Shown: positions 1 through 8,206 of the stretch, piece by piece | Numbering within the stretch: the first letter of the stretch is position 1 | Layout of the letters: every line of letters starts with the position of its first letter | Virus record (IMG/VR): IMGVR_UViG_3300048672_000251 | Coordinates: 1 to 54,769 of that record | Origin: a virus | Taxonomy: Duplodnaviria > Caudoviricetes | DNA: 54,769 nucleotides | Direction: 5' to 3' (one strand) | Program-made: the position numbers and the translations under genes | The notes under the pieces: model-generated | Seen by the model: the letters and a program-made list of their open reading frames with translations, nothing else | What the model was told of the DNA's origin: nothing | Databases searched by the model: none

Positions 1-147
1 CCACCAGCACCTCAGGCAGCTCCAGCACCTCAGGCAGCTCCAGCACCTCAGGCAGCTCCAGCACCTCAGGCAGCTCCAGCACCTCAGGCAGCTCCAGCAC
101 CTCAGGCAGCTCCAGCACCTCAGGCAGCTCCAGCAGCGGGCAAGACC
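1..147. repeat. Left-end copy of the terminal overlap: 7 perfect 18-bp units CCAGCACCTCAGGCAGCT (PAPQAA) plus flanks
   Basis: Units span 4-129. The same flanks (CCA...CCAGCAGCGGGCAAGACC) recur at 54641-54769 with 6 units, indicating a circular contig. Confidence 0.97.
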
Positions 148-366
148 CATGCGGACTTAAAAGGCGCGTTAACTAAAGTGCTGTCTGCTATTAACTCTGC
201 ACTGCCTGGTAAAGCTGCACCGCTGCTGATGGGGCTGATGCAGTCTTACGGCGTGACAGCAATCGATCAAGTGCCGGCGGATAAAGTGGATGACTGCTAC
301 AACCTGATGCAGCGTATGGCGGCTGATCCTGCTAACGCTGAAGCCATCGCGGCTGGGCTGTTGTAA
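1..366 (+). CDS. 3' part of a Pro/Ala-rich phage protein that starts at 54212 and crosses the circular junction (about 264 aa)
   Basis: Frame 1 is open from 1 to TAA at 364-366 and is in frame with ATG 54212 through the overlap. It sits upstream of DUF2800. Confidence 0.85.
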   Translation, partial: PPAPQAAPAPQAAPAPQAAPAPQAAPAPQAAPAPQAAPAPQAAPAAGKTHADLKGALTKVLSAINSALPGKAAPLLMGLMQSYGVTAIDQVPADKVDDCYNLMQRMAADPANAEAIAAGLL

Positions 367-367
367 T

Positions 368-1585
368 ATGGAATATTTCCGCCTCCACAATGCGGAAAGA
401 GCGATAGGCTGCCCCGGCAGCCTCAGCTTAACGCCGCGGGTAACACTGGAACCTGATCCAAAGCGCGAACAGAAAAAGCTGGAAGGTCGGACGGCGGACT
501 GGGTGATTGGAAAACTGTTACGCGGCGATCCGATCTTCACAGGTGAAATGGGGCCACACGGTATCACAGTGGATAGTGAAATGATGGACGGCTGCAAGCT
601 GTATATCGACACCATCCGCCAATATATCGGCACTGAACCCAATTACATTGATGCAGAGCGCGACGCGTATTTAAGCTGGCTGACAGACCCATACGCTCGG
701 CACGACGCGAACCCTGATGACCACGTGCGCGACAAATACGGGCGGTTTTGGTTAACTGAATCCGGCTGCCGTATCCATAAACGCTGGGGCATCATGGGGC
801 GTAGTGATTACCGGCACCTGCGCGGGGTCTCACGGCATCTGACGGTACTGGATTTTAAATACGGGCACCGGTCAGTCGAAGCTGTGAATAACGCGCAGTT
901 GATAGGCGCTTGTCTTGACGAGCTGACACTGCGTTACGTGGACAGTGCAACGTTGATTATCGTGCAGCCGCGTGACATGACTGGTGAAACCGTGAAGGTG
1001 TGGCATGTGGACGCCGCGACCATCGAGCACTGGCGCCAAGTGTTTATCTATGCGGCATGGGAGGCTAACCAGCCTAACGCACCGTTACGCACCGGCAAGT
1101 GGTGTGGCACCTGTAACGCCGCTGGCATCTGTCCGGCCCTTTGGAGACTGCTTATGGAACAACTGACAATACTTGACGCACCGCAGACTACCACACCGGA
1201 AGAAGTTGGCGAGCGTTTGGCCCGCGTGCTGGGACTTGCGGAAACATCGGAAACGATGAAAACCGTATTGAAACAGCAAGCACTGGCAATGATTAAAGCC
1301 GGCAGCCACGTACCAGGCTTTAAAGTGGTGCGCGGTGTTAGTCGCCGGACGCTCAAACGTGTGGACGAGTTGGAACAAATTGCTATGCTGTACGGCGTTG
1401 ACCGCGGCGCTCTGTTTCAGGAAAAGCCACGGCCACTTGGCGAGATCGAAAAACTGTTACCAGCTGAAACACTGGATCTGGTAACTGAAAAACCACTGGG
1501 TGCACTTGAAGTTGCCCCCACCGGCGACAAGCGCGCCGCCGTCATTGAAAATAACCCTGCAGCGGTTTTTGGCCCTGCTCAATAA
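368..1585 (+). CDS. DUF2800-family Cas4-like PD-(D/E)XK exonuclease
   Basis: CPGS near the N-terminus, D..LTVLDFKYG, NNAQL and C-x2-C-x5-C (WCGTCNAAGICP); lies before the SSB-like gene and polymerase. Confidence 0.85.
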   Translation: MEYFRLHNAERAIGCPGSLSLTPRVTLEPDPKREQKKLEGRTADWVIGKLLRGDPIFTGEMGPHGITVDSEMMDGCKLYIDTIRQYIGTEPNYIDAERDAYLSWLTDPYARHDANPDDHVRDKYGRFWLTESGCRIHKRWGIMGRSDYRHLRGVSRHLTVLDFKYGHRSVEAVNNAQLIGACLDELTLRYVDSATLIIVQPRDMTGETVKVWHVDAATIEHWRQVFIYAAWEANQPNAPLRTGKWCGTCNAAGICPALWRLLMEQLTILDAPQTTTPEEVGERLARVLGLAETSETMKTVLKQQALAMIKAGSHVPGFKVVRGVSRRTLKRVDELEQIAMLYGVDRGALFQEKPRPLGEIEKLLPAETLDLVTEKPLGALEVAPTGDKRAAVIENNPAAVFGPAQ

Positions 1586-1600
1586 TCTGGAGTAATACAC

Positions 1601-2506
1601 ATGGCTCAAACGTTTAATTTCTTAACACCTGTTGGTCGTTTAGTTTCTGGCTCGTTCACTGAAGTAAACAAAACCGATCACCAAAATAAACCGCTGGATC
1701 CTGCAAAGTACAACACCTTTGTAGCGTTGGCATTTCCTAAAACTACCGCTGCTTGGTGGGACGAGCCGGGCGATCTGGGCGCAGTGTTCACAGCTATCCG
1801 TAGCGCTGCGCACGACCACTACAAGGGCGCTGAGTTCCAGAATACCGCGTTTGCGTGGAAAATCGATAACGGTGACGATCCGAAACATGCTGGCAAGGAA
1901 GGCTACCCTGGGCATTGGATTTTAAAATTCACCCGTTACGGCTCTATCGGTCCTTGTCGCGTGTACAATACTGCTAACCAGGAGATCATTGATCCGATGC
2001 AGCTGAAGCGCGGCTATTACTACCGCATTGACGGCAGCACGAAGGCCAACGAGCAGACTGGTAATCAAGCCGGCGTATACATGAACATGAACATGGCGCA
2101 GCTTGCCGGTATCGGTCAGGAAATTGTCAGCGGTCCGTCTGCTGCACAAGTGTTCGGCACCGCACCGGTACTACCGGCTGGCGTTATGGCTGCTCCCGCG
2201 GTCGGTGGCATCCCTTCTGCCCCTGCTCTGCCCGGTGCGCCGCTCCCAGCACCAGCAGCACCAGCAGCACCAGCAGCACCAGCAGCACCAGCAGCACCAG
2301 CAGCACCAGCAGCACCAGCAGCACCAGCAGCACCAGCAGCACCAGCAGCACCAGGCGCTGTGCCGGCGCCTAACTTCGCGCAAGGTGGCGGTTATGCACC
2401 TGTGGAAGTGAAGCGGCTGTACGGCGGTGCTGCATACACTGAAGCGGCGTTACGTGGTGCTGGCCACACTGACGCCATGATTGCCACATACCCCGTAGCG
2501 CAGTAA
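1601..2506 (+). CDS. DUF2815-like single-stranded DNA-binding protein with (PAA)11 linker
   Basis: TPVGRLV, KIDNGD, EGYPGHW, GYYYRI and GVYMNMN motifs; GGAG RBS; position between DUF2800 and the polymerase. Confidence 0.8.
   Translation: MAQTFNFLTPVGRLVSGSFTEVNKTDHQNKPLDPAKYNTFVALAFPKTTAAWWDEPGDLGAVFTAIRSAAHDHYKGAEFQNTAFAWKIDNGDDPKHAGKEGYPGHWILKFTRYGSIGPCRVYNTANQEIIDPMQLKRGYYYRIDGSTKANEQTGNQAGVYMNMNMAQLAGIGQEIVSGPSAAQVFGTAPVLPAGVMAAPAVGGIPSAPALPGAPLPAPAAPAAPAAPAAPAAPAAPAAPAAPAAPAAPAAPGAVPAPNFAQGGGYAPVEVKRLYGGAAYTEAALRGAGHTDAMIATYPVAQ
2246..2353. repeat. Perfect 9-bp tandem repeat CCAGCAGCA x11 (PAA)
   Basis: Read directly; units span 2252-2350. Confidence 0.97.
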
Positions 2507-2513
2507 TATCACC

Positions 2514-2541
2514 GGCCCGTTGCTTCCTGCGCGGGCCTTTT
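2514..2541 (+). terminator. Putative intrinsic terminator after the SSB-like gene
   Basis: GGCCCG...CGGGCC stem followed by TTTT. Confidence 0.6.
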
Positions 2542-2557
2542 CTCGGAGCACCCCACC

Positions 2558-4522
2558 ATGACTGATCGCACCTATGACTGTGAGACGTTCCCCAATTGCT
2601 ACATGATAGGTTTTAAATGTGTGGAAACTGGCCAGCGCTGGCGGTTTGAGATTTCCACACGGCGCGATGACCGGCAAGCGTTATATCAGTTTTTAAGCAC
2701 CAAAGGCTGGCGAGCAGTCGGTTACAACAATATCGGCTTTGACTACCCTGTACTGCACTGGCTCGTTATGAATCCGTACTGCAGCGTACAGGACATTTAT
2801 AACTACGCGATGGCGGTTATTCGGTCAGATGATTGGTCGTATCAGGTGTGGGAATCCGACTGGATTGTGCCGCAAATTGACCTGTATAAAATCCACCACT
2901 TTGACAATAACAATAAGCGCACCAGCCTGAAGATGCTGGAATTTAACATGCGCCGGCGTAACGTGTGCGACTTACCGTTTCCAGTGGGTACTTGGCTTAC
3001 GGATTCGCAAATGGACGAACTCGGCGTGTATATGGACGAGGATATTGACGCGACGACAGACTTCTACTTTGAGACGACACCGGCAATTAAATTCCGCGAG
3101 GAACTGACCGAAAAGTACGGCCGCAATTTTCTGAACCACAACGACACCAAAATCGGCAAAGACTACTTTATCATGCGCCTCGGTGACGACATGTGCTATA
3201 CGCGGGCCAGTGGCCGCCGTGAGCCGCGCCAAACCCCGCGCCCGTTTATCCGCCTGTCAGATGTGGTATTCCCCTATATCCGCTTTGAGCATCCGGAATT
3301 TGAGCGCATCCGTGCATGGCTGGTTAGTCAGACTATTTACGAAACTCGCGGCGTGTTTACTGGGCTTACCGCTACTGTCGACGGCTTCCGATATGATTTC
3401 GGCGCCGGCGGTATTCATGGCTCTGTGGACTCGCAAATAGTCCGAAGCACTGATAGCCACGTTATCATGGATTTCGACGTGGCCAGCTACTATCCGAATC
3501 TGGCAATTGCTAACCGCATTTACCCGGAGCATCTGGGGACCGTATTTTGCGACACGTATCTGGACGTGTACCAGCAGCGCCAAGCGCACCCGAAAAAGAA
3601 ATTCCCAGCAATCAACGCGATGCTGAAGCTGGCGCTTAACGGTGTGTATGGTGATAGTAACAACGAGTACAGCCCGTTTTACGACCCTCAGTACACCATG
3701 AAAATCACAATTAACGGGCAGCTGCTGTTATGTATGCTGGCCGAACAGTTGATTAAAGTCATCGGACTGGAAGTGGTGCAGATTAACACAGACGGTATCA
3801 CGGTACGTTACCCACGCGAGCAGTCAGGACCGGTACAGCAGATCACAGACTGGTGGCAGCAGTTCACCCTGCTAACTCTTGAGTTTGCTGAATATAGACT
3901 GATGGCTATCCGTGACGTCAACAACTATATCGCTGTCACAGCTGACAACAAAATCAAACGCAAGGGCGCTTACTGCGCTGTCGGCGCTCATACCGGCGAT
4001 ACATCGGAGATGGACTGGCACCAACCCCACAGCTGCTTAGTGGTGCCGATGGCGGCTGAGGCTGCGATATTGTTTGGCGCTGATATTCGGGAATACATCA
4101 CGTCACACCGCGATTGGTTTGACTTTATGAACGTGATCAAAGTACCGCGCTCAAGCAGTCTGGAAATCGACGGCCAAACCGTGCAGAACATCACGCGGTA
4201 TTACGTCAGCCAGACCGGCGGGCAGATGTTTAAAATCATGCCGCCAACCGGCCCCAAATACGTGTGGACATTACGCAACCCAACGACCGGTAAAACCAAA
4301 GAAGTGAAAAGCGAGCGCGGAGTAGCCAGCAGCGCGGAAAAAGGCTTTACGGAAGTGGTCGGCAAACTGCAGCTGCCTGAAGCTGATCGGCGGTCATCGG
4401 TGTGTGCCGGCTGGCGCGTGAAGGAGTGCAACGACATGTCCACATTCAACCCGGCTGACTTAAATTACGAATGGTACATCGCCGAAGCGGAAAAACTTGT
4501 AAAGCCGCTGATTAGCGGGTAG
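2558..4522 (+). CDS. DNA polymerase, family B, with 3'-5' exonuclease domain
   Basis: Exo motifs YDCET, GYNNIGFDY, YMDEDI; polymerase motifs DFDVASYYPN, KLALNGVYG, QINTDG. Confidence 0.92.
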   Translation: MTDRTYDCETFPNCYMIGFKCVETGQRWRFEISTRRDDRQALYQFLSTKGWRAVGYNNIGFDYPVLHWLVMNPYCSVQDIYNYAMAVIRSDDWSYQVWESDWIVPQIDLYKIHHFDNNNKRTSLKMLEFNMRRRNVCDLPFPVGTWLTDSQMDELGVYMDEDIDATTDFYFETTPAIKFREELTEKYGRNFLNHNDTKIGKDYFIMRLGDDMCYTRASGRREPRQTPRPFIRLSDVVFPYIRFEHPEFERIRAWLVSQTIYETRGVFTGLTATVDGFRYDFGAGGIHGSVDSQIVRSTDSHVIMDFDVASYYPNLAIANRIYPEHLGTVFCDTYLDVYQQRQAHPKKKFPAINAMLKLALNGVYGDSNNEYSPFYDPQYTMKITINGQLLLCMLAEQLIKVIGLEVVQINTDGITVRYPREQSGPVQQITDWWQQFTLLTLEFAEYRLMAIRDVNNYIAVTADNKIKRKGAYCAVGAHTGDTSEMDWHQPHSCLVVPMAAEAAILFGADIREYITSHRDWFDFMNVIKVPRSSSLEIDGQTVQNITRYYVSQTGGQMFKIMPPTGPKYVWTLRNPTTGKTKEVKSERGVASSAEKGFTEVVGKLQLPEADRRSSVCAGWRVKECNDMSTFNPADLNYEWYIAEAEKLVKPLISG

Positions 4523-4559
4523 TATAATAACAATTGACAAACAGCGGAGCGATAATGTA

Positions 4560-5087
4560 ATGCAATACCCACTACACACACTCAACCAGCCGTTGAATCA
4601 CGGCAACTTCACGCCCGGTAAGCAATACGCTTGCCTGAAGCTCACCAGCCACGGCAACGGCGGCCAGCGCGGCTTCTATTGGGATGACCTCGGCGATGTC
4701 CGTATGGTGCCCGCAGATGCGTTTAGCCTCACAGACAGCATATGGAAACCACCGGTACCGAAGCCACTCAGCACTGCCGACCGCGCTGCACTGGCTAAAC
4801 GCTGGGACGTCACGCCACTGACCGTCAGCAACTGGATGACGCCCGATAGCGCGTCATACCAGCCAATCCGGTTTGCAGATGCTTTACGCGGCTCACGGCA
4901 CGAGCTGTGTGTAGAGCCGCTGAACGGTGCTGAGCTGATCGGCTTCATTCAGGGTCGCGGCTATTACATTCAGGAAGTATCGGTGCGCTGGGATATGCAG
5001 CAGTTCGGCGACCGACTGCGGCGTATTGCACAATCGCAGCCTGCTCTGTTTTGGGACTTGTGGCGGGGGATGATCACCCATGAGTAA
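4560..5087 (+). CDS. Hypothetical protein with HTH-like segment(s)
   Basis: RAALAKRWDVTPLTVSNWM resembles an HTH; GGAG RBS. Confidence 0.6.
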   Translation: MQYPLHTLNQPLNHGNFTPGKQYACLKLTSHGNGGQRGFYWDDLGDVRMVPADAFSLTDSIWKPPVPKPLSTADRAALAKRWDVTPLTVSNWMTPDSASYQPIRFADALRGSRHELCVEPLNGAELIGFIQGRGYYIQEVSVRWDMQQFGDRLRRIAQSQPALFWDLWRGMITHE

Positions 5088-5436
5088 ATTCACAGCCGCT
5101 TTAAACGTTATCGGCACCGACTACCACGTAACACTGGCGTTTTGCGACGCCAAGCGTGGCGGTAAAGTCCACACTAGCGCCGCAATCGCCGACGGACTTA
5201 TTACTGACGTGGTTTATTGGCAGGGTAGCAACGTAACAGTTGCACTAATTGACTCCGAACTGGTCCGCCGTCGCCATCAGTATTACACAGACAACGGTTA
5301 TCCGTATGAGGGCTACCACCACGTACCACACGCAACGTTAAGTCGCGGTAACACCGTTGCGGACCACCTGGATCTGGTCGGGTCTATAGTAACGCTCGGC
5401 GAAGAATACATCCGTATTTGGGAGCCCAAGTCATGA
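5080..5436 (+). CDS. acb1: 2H phosphoesterase, Acb1 (T4 gp57B)-like anti-CBASS nuclease
   Basis: Two HxT motifs (HVTL, HATL) plus LIDSELVRRRH, PHATLS and LGEEY, matching T4 57B as I recall it (VLDSEYLRCRH, PHITLS, LDREY). Confidence 0.78.
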   Translation: MSKFTAALNVIGTDYHVTLAFCDAKRGGKVHTSAAIADGLITDVVYWQGSNVTVALIDSELVRRRHQYYTDNGYPYEGYHHVPHATLSRGNTVADHLDLVGSIVTLGEEYIRIWEPKS

Positions 5437-5753
5437 GTAACGGTAACAAAGACATAGCCGATAAAATCGCTCGGCTTTTGGGGTGGATTGACTATCCTGA
5501 TGACAGTCTCGAACAAGGGTGCATGTGGCACCAAAACGCTGAACGAGCACCACACGGCCCAACCTGTTACAAGTACGAATTTGAGCGCGATTTGCGTAAG
5601 TCGTATATCATCATGGACTTAATTGAAAAGTTCAGTATAGAGTTTAAATGGCTATCAGACGCTACACTCGAAGTTCACAGCGTTATAACTAGTAAAACCA
5701 TAACCACAACTGCCGGATACACTGAAGGCGTATTGGAGTGTCTGAGCTCATGA
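5433..5753 (+). CDS. Hypothetical phage protein
   Basis: ATGA overlaps with both neighbours. Confidence 0.65.
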   Translation: MSNGNKDIADKIARLLGWIDYPDDSLEQGCMWHQNAERAPHGPTCYKYEFERDLRKSYIIMDLIEKFSIEFKWLSDATLEVHSVITSKTITTTAGYTEGVLECLSS

Positions 5754-6043
5754 CCACACGCAACGTCCTCTATATCGCTGGGCCAATTACTGACGTGCCG
5801 GACTACCAGCAGCGCTTCGCCACCGCCACAGATCAAGCCCGTGCGGCTGGCTGGCAAGTTATCAACCCCGCAGCGCTGCCATCCGGTATGACAGAAGCGG
5901 CTTATATGGATATCTGCTGTGCGTTTGTCCGTAACTGTGACGCCGTGTTGATGCTGCCGGGTTGGGAAGCGTCTGTCGGCGCCAATATCGAGCATGACTT
6001 GGCGTTTAAGTGCGGGAAGCGCGTTTATTACGGTGCACTGTGA
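5750..6043 (+). CDS. DUF4406 nucleoside 2-deoxyribosyltransferase-like protein
   Basis: LYIAGPIT, VINPA, CDAVLMLPGWEASVGANIEH. Confidence 0.88.
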   Translation: MTTRNVLYIAGPITDVPDYQQRFATATDQARAAGWQVINPAALPSGMTEAAYMDICCAFVRNCDAVLMLPGWEASVGANIEHDLAFKCGKRVYYGAL

Positions 6044-6213
6044 ACACCGACGCGCTGTATCATTATACCGAAATGGTGCTGGTATTAGCGCAAACCCTCG
6101 GTTGGGACCGTGACAGGGACGAACCGAGTCTGCAGGACATTATCGACGCCAGCCACATGGTGTGGCGTTGGAACATTAACAGGATAGCCCTCGGGCTGAG
6201 ACCGTGGATATGA
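6040..6213 (+). CDS. Small hypothetical protein
   Basis: GTGA overlap with the DUF4406 stop codon. Confidence 0.5.
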   Translation: MNTDALYHYTEMVLVLAQTLGWDRDRDEPSLQDIIDASHMVWRWNINRIALGLRPWI

Positions 6214-6455
6214 TAACCCTAATCGAATACACCACCAGCGACAGTAAGCCAACTGGCCGCATCTGTCGGATACCAGACGTTAACCGCCAGCAGCTGACCG
6301 ACCTGCTCATGCTTTACGGGTTTACCGGTGAGTATGGGGAGTACACCGGGCGGCTTGAAGCATACCACCCGGCGCATTGGTGCTTTGTCTATAACGGCTC
6401 GATGGGTCATCACCCTGGCGAGCAGGTAGAGCTTTACGAGCTGATAGCCCCTTAG
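6210..6455 (+). CDS. Hypothetical protein
   Basis: ATGA overlap; last gene of the plus arm. Confidence 0.55.
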   Translation: MITLIEYTTSDSKPTGRICRIPDVNRQQLTDLLMLYGFTGEYGEYTGRLEAYHPAHWCFVYNGSMGHHPGEQVELYELIAP

Positions 6456-6463
6456 TGGGGCTA
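6445..6463. terminator. Hairpin at the convergence of the early and late arms
   Basis: TAGCCCC-TTAGT-GGGGCTA covers both stop codons; U-tracts are weak. Confidence 0.5.
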
Positions 6464-8206
6464 ACTTATTGCTTGAATAATTGCATTAATTGTCAGTGCT
6501 GTTGCGTATGCCGGCTGATTTACCCCCAGCAGCGGGATACTTCCTGTCAGATTAAGCGCGACGATTATCTGATTAACTGTCAGTATATCCACGTAATCCT
6601 CTTGCGTAACCGCCAGCTTCGTCACGTTAATACCCGTTGCATCAATAATCTGATTGATCCGCAGAGCATGTGTCAGAGTTGACTGCCACGGACTCATAGT
6701 AGCAATACCAGACACCGGTGCGCTAGTCAGCACATATGTTTGAGTCGTTTGGGTGCTATCGGCTAACCCGGCTTTAAAGCTGCGGGCTTTGACTGTAGCA
6801 CTCGACGTCAATGTAAACGGCACTGAGTATAGAATAGAGCTGGTGGTTACATCACTACCATCCGTCGTGTAACGCGTCGTTGCGCCATCGGTATTGGTAG
6901 TTATTGTGATGGTGACGTTGTTAACGTATGAACCAGCAGCGGGACTCATGGATGGCGCAGCAACAGTTTCTGGCGGCTCAGCGCTGCCTTGCTGCACGGT
7001 AAACCGGTGGTTTGCACCATTCAGCCGCGTGATCCAGCAGGTATAAACAGCTTCAGGGTCTGCGCCGGTGAAATTGCCGTTGATGTCGAAATTACCCTGG
7101 CTTGACAGCTGCTCACCAGCCACCGGTACATCTGGTCCCCACGACTCGAAAGCATTTGTGGCCACAGGTGCGATCATAGTCACATACTCAACCGGCGACA
7201 CTGGCGCAAACGTGCTGCTGATAGTCTTAGCGCCAAATGTCAGATTGACCGCGCCGTATTGCACGTATTCCTGGCCAGTTGTGCTTGAGGCAAGTGCTGG
7301 CACGGTGAATGTCGCCGTTGTTGCGCTTGTAGCTGTCAGTGGTAGAACCAAGTCATTACCGCGACTATCTACAACCGTTACTGACGTTGGCAGGCTCGGG
7401 TAGTTTAACAGCGTTGCTGTGATTGTAGCGCCGGGAGTAAGTGCTGCTGATATTGAGGCTTCAAGAGCTTCGTAACCATTCGTTAGCTCCCACGGCTCTT
7501 GCGTGATACTTTCTTTCTCAGCAGTAGATAACACAGTATTGAACACAACAAAACCGGCTAGGTTCCACTCTTTGCCGGATGATACAATTGCTGCCAGCTG
7601 CGCCGATATTGGATTGGCCGCAGGAGTAAACACTGGCGCTGTAGTACCGCCAGCTGGTGTGCGGGTAATGCCGTCTGCACAAAATCCAGAAGCACCGGAA
7701 ATGTAGTCTATCGCAGTACAATGCGCCTGCTGTCGTCTAGCTGTCACTGCCGCCTGCTGCGTACTCCAGTCCAGCCCATCGCGATAGGCTTTAAAATCAG
7801 TGGTGTGAACAGTGCCGAAGTTGCCGCGCCGTGTCAGTCGGTAGTCGTATCCACCCCAGTTGCCAGCGTCTAAAATCAGCATGTCTCCGGAAGAAAGACG
7901 GATCATGCTGGTGTCGCCGCCGCCTAAGCTGTTGCTGCCGTATTGCCGGTAGATAAACATAATCGTACACGGAAACGGGATTGGCACATTGGGCGATATT
8001 GCATCAGCTGTTGCGTCAAACTGCCGGATATTAGCGCCAAGCGGTACATCATCTGCAATCGTGGCTGCGGAGCTTGTGTATACCTGACCAGCTTTTAAGT
8101 CCTTGATAGTGGTATCGAACAGAATGAACCGGTCGACTTTGCTGTAAAGCGGGTGCGCTGCATCCAGCGCCGTGATCCCATCGTATTTTTTAAGCTTTAG
8201 CGGCAT
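6461..8206 (-). CDS. Multidomain carbohydrate-binding-like virion protein (LamG-like, Ig-like and chitobiase/Fn3-associated domains)
   Basis: APSMSPAAGSY...GATTRYTTDGS...YSVPFTL...VKARSF is the chitobiase/hexosaminidase C-terminal pattern; FNTVLSTAE is a LamG-like end. Confidence 0.7.
   Translation of the reverse strand: MPLKLKKYDGITALDAAHPLYSKVDRFILFDTTIKDLKAGQVYTSSAATIADDVPLGANIRQFDATADAISPNVPIPFPCTIMFIYRQYGSNSLGGGDTSMIRLSSGDMLILDAGNWGGYDYRLTRRGNFGTVHTTDFKAYRDGLDWSTQQAAVTARRQQAHCTAIDYISGASGFCADGITRTPAGGTTAPVFTPAANPISAQLAAIVSSGKEWNLAGFVVFNTVLSTAEKESITQEPWELTNGYEALEASISAALTPGATITATLLNYPSLPTSVTVVDSRGNDLVLPLTATSATTATFTVPALASSTTGQEYVQYGAVNLTFGAKTISSTFAPVSPVEYVTMIAPVATNAFESWGPDVPVAGEQLSSQGNFDINGNFTGADPEAVYTCWITRLNGANHRFTVQQGSAEPPETVAAPSMSPAAGSYVNNVTITITTNTDGATTRYTTDGSDVTTSSILYSVPFTLTSSATVKARSFKAGLADSTQTTQTYVLTSAPVSGIATMSPWQSTLTHALRINQIIDATGINVTKLAVTQEDYVDILTVNQIIVALNLTGSIPLLGVNQPAYATALTINAIIQAIS

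Noticed and set aside
1-147. Physical direct terminal repeat of the virion DNA
   Set aside because: The overlap lies mid-gene in a coding tandem repeat, a typical assembly break point, and far from the terminase region.
368-1585. CRISPR-Cas system, suggested by the Cas4-like nuclease
   Set aside because: No cas1, cas2, effector genes or repeat-spacer array; solo DUF2800 nucleases are normal in phage replication modules.
2103-2411. Poly-QHQ and poly-WCC ORFs (also LRLAPLP at 30781-31158 and LELPEV at 54450-54740)
   Set aside because: These are alternative-frame or antisense readings of coding tandem repeats.
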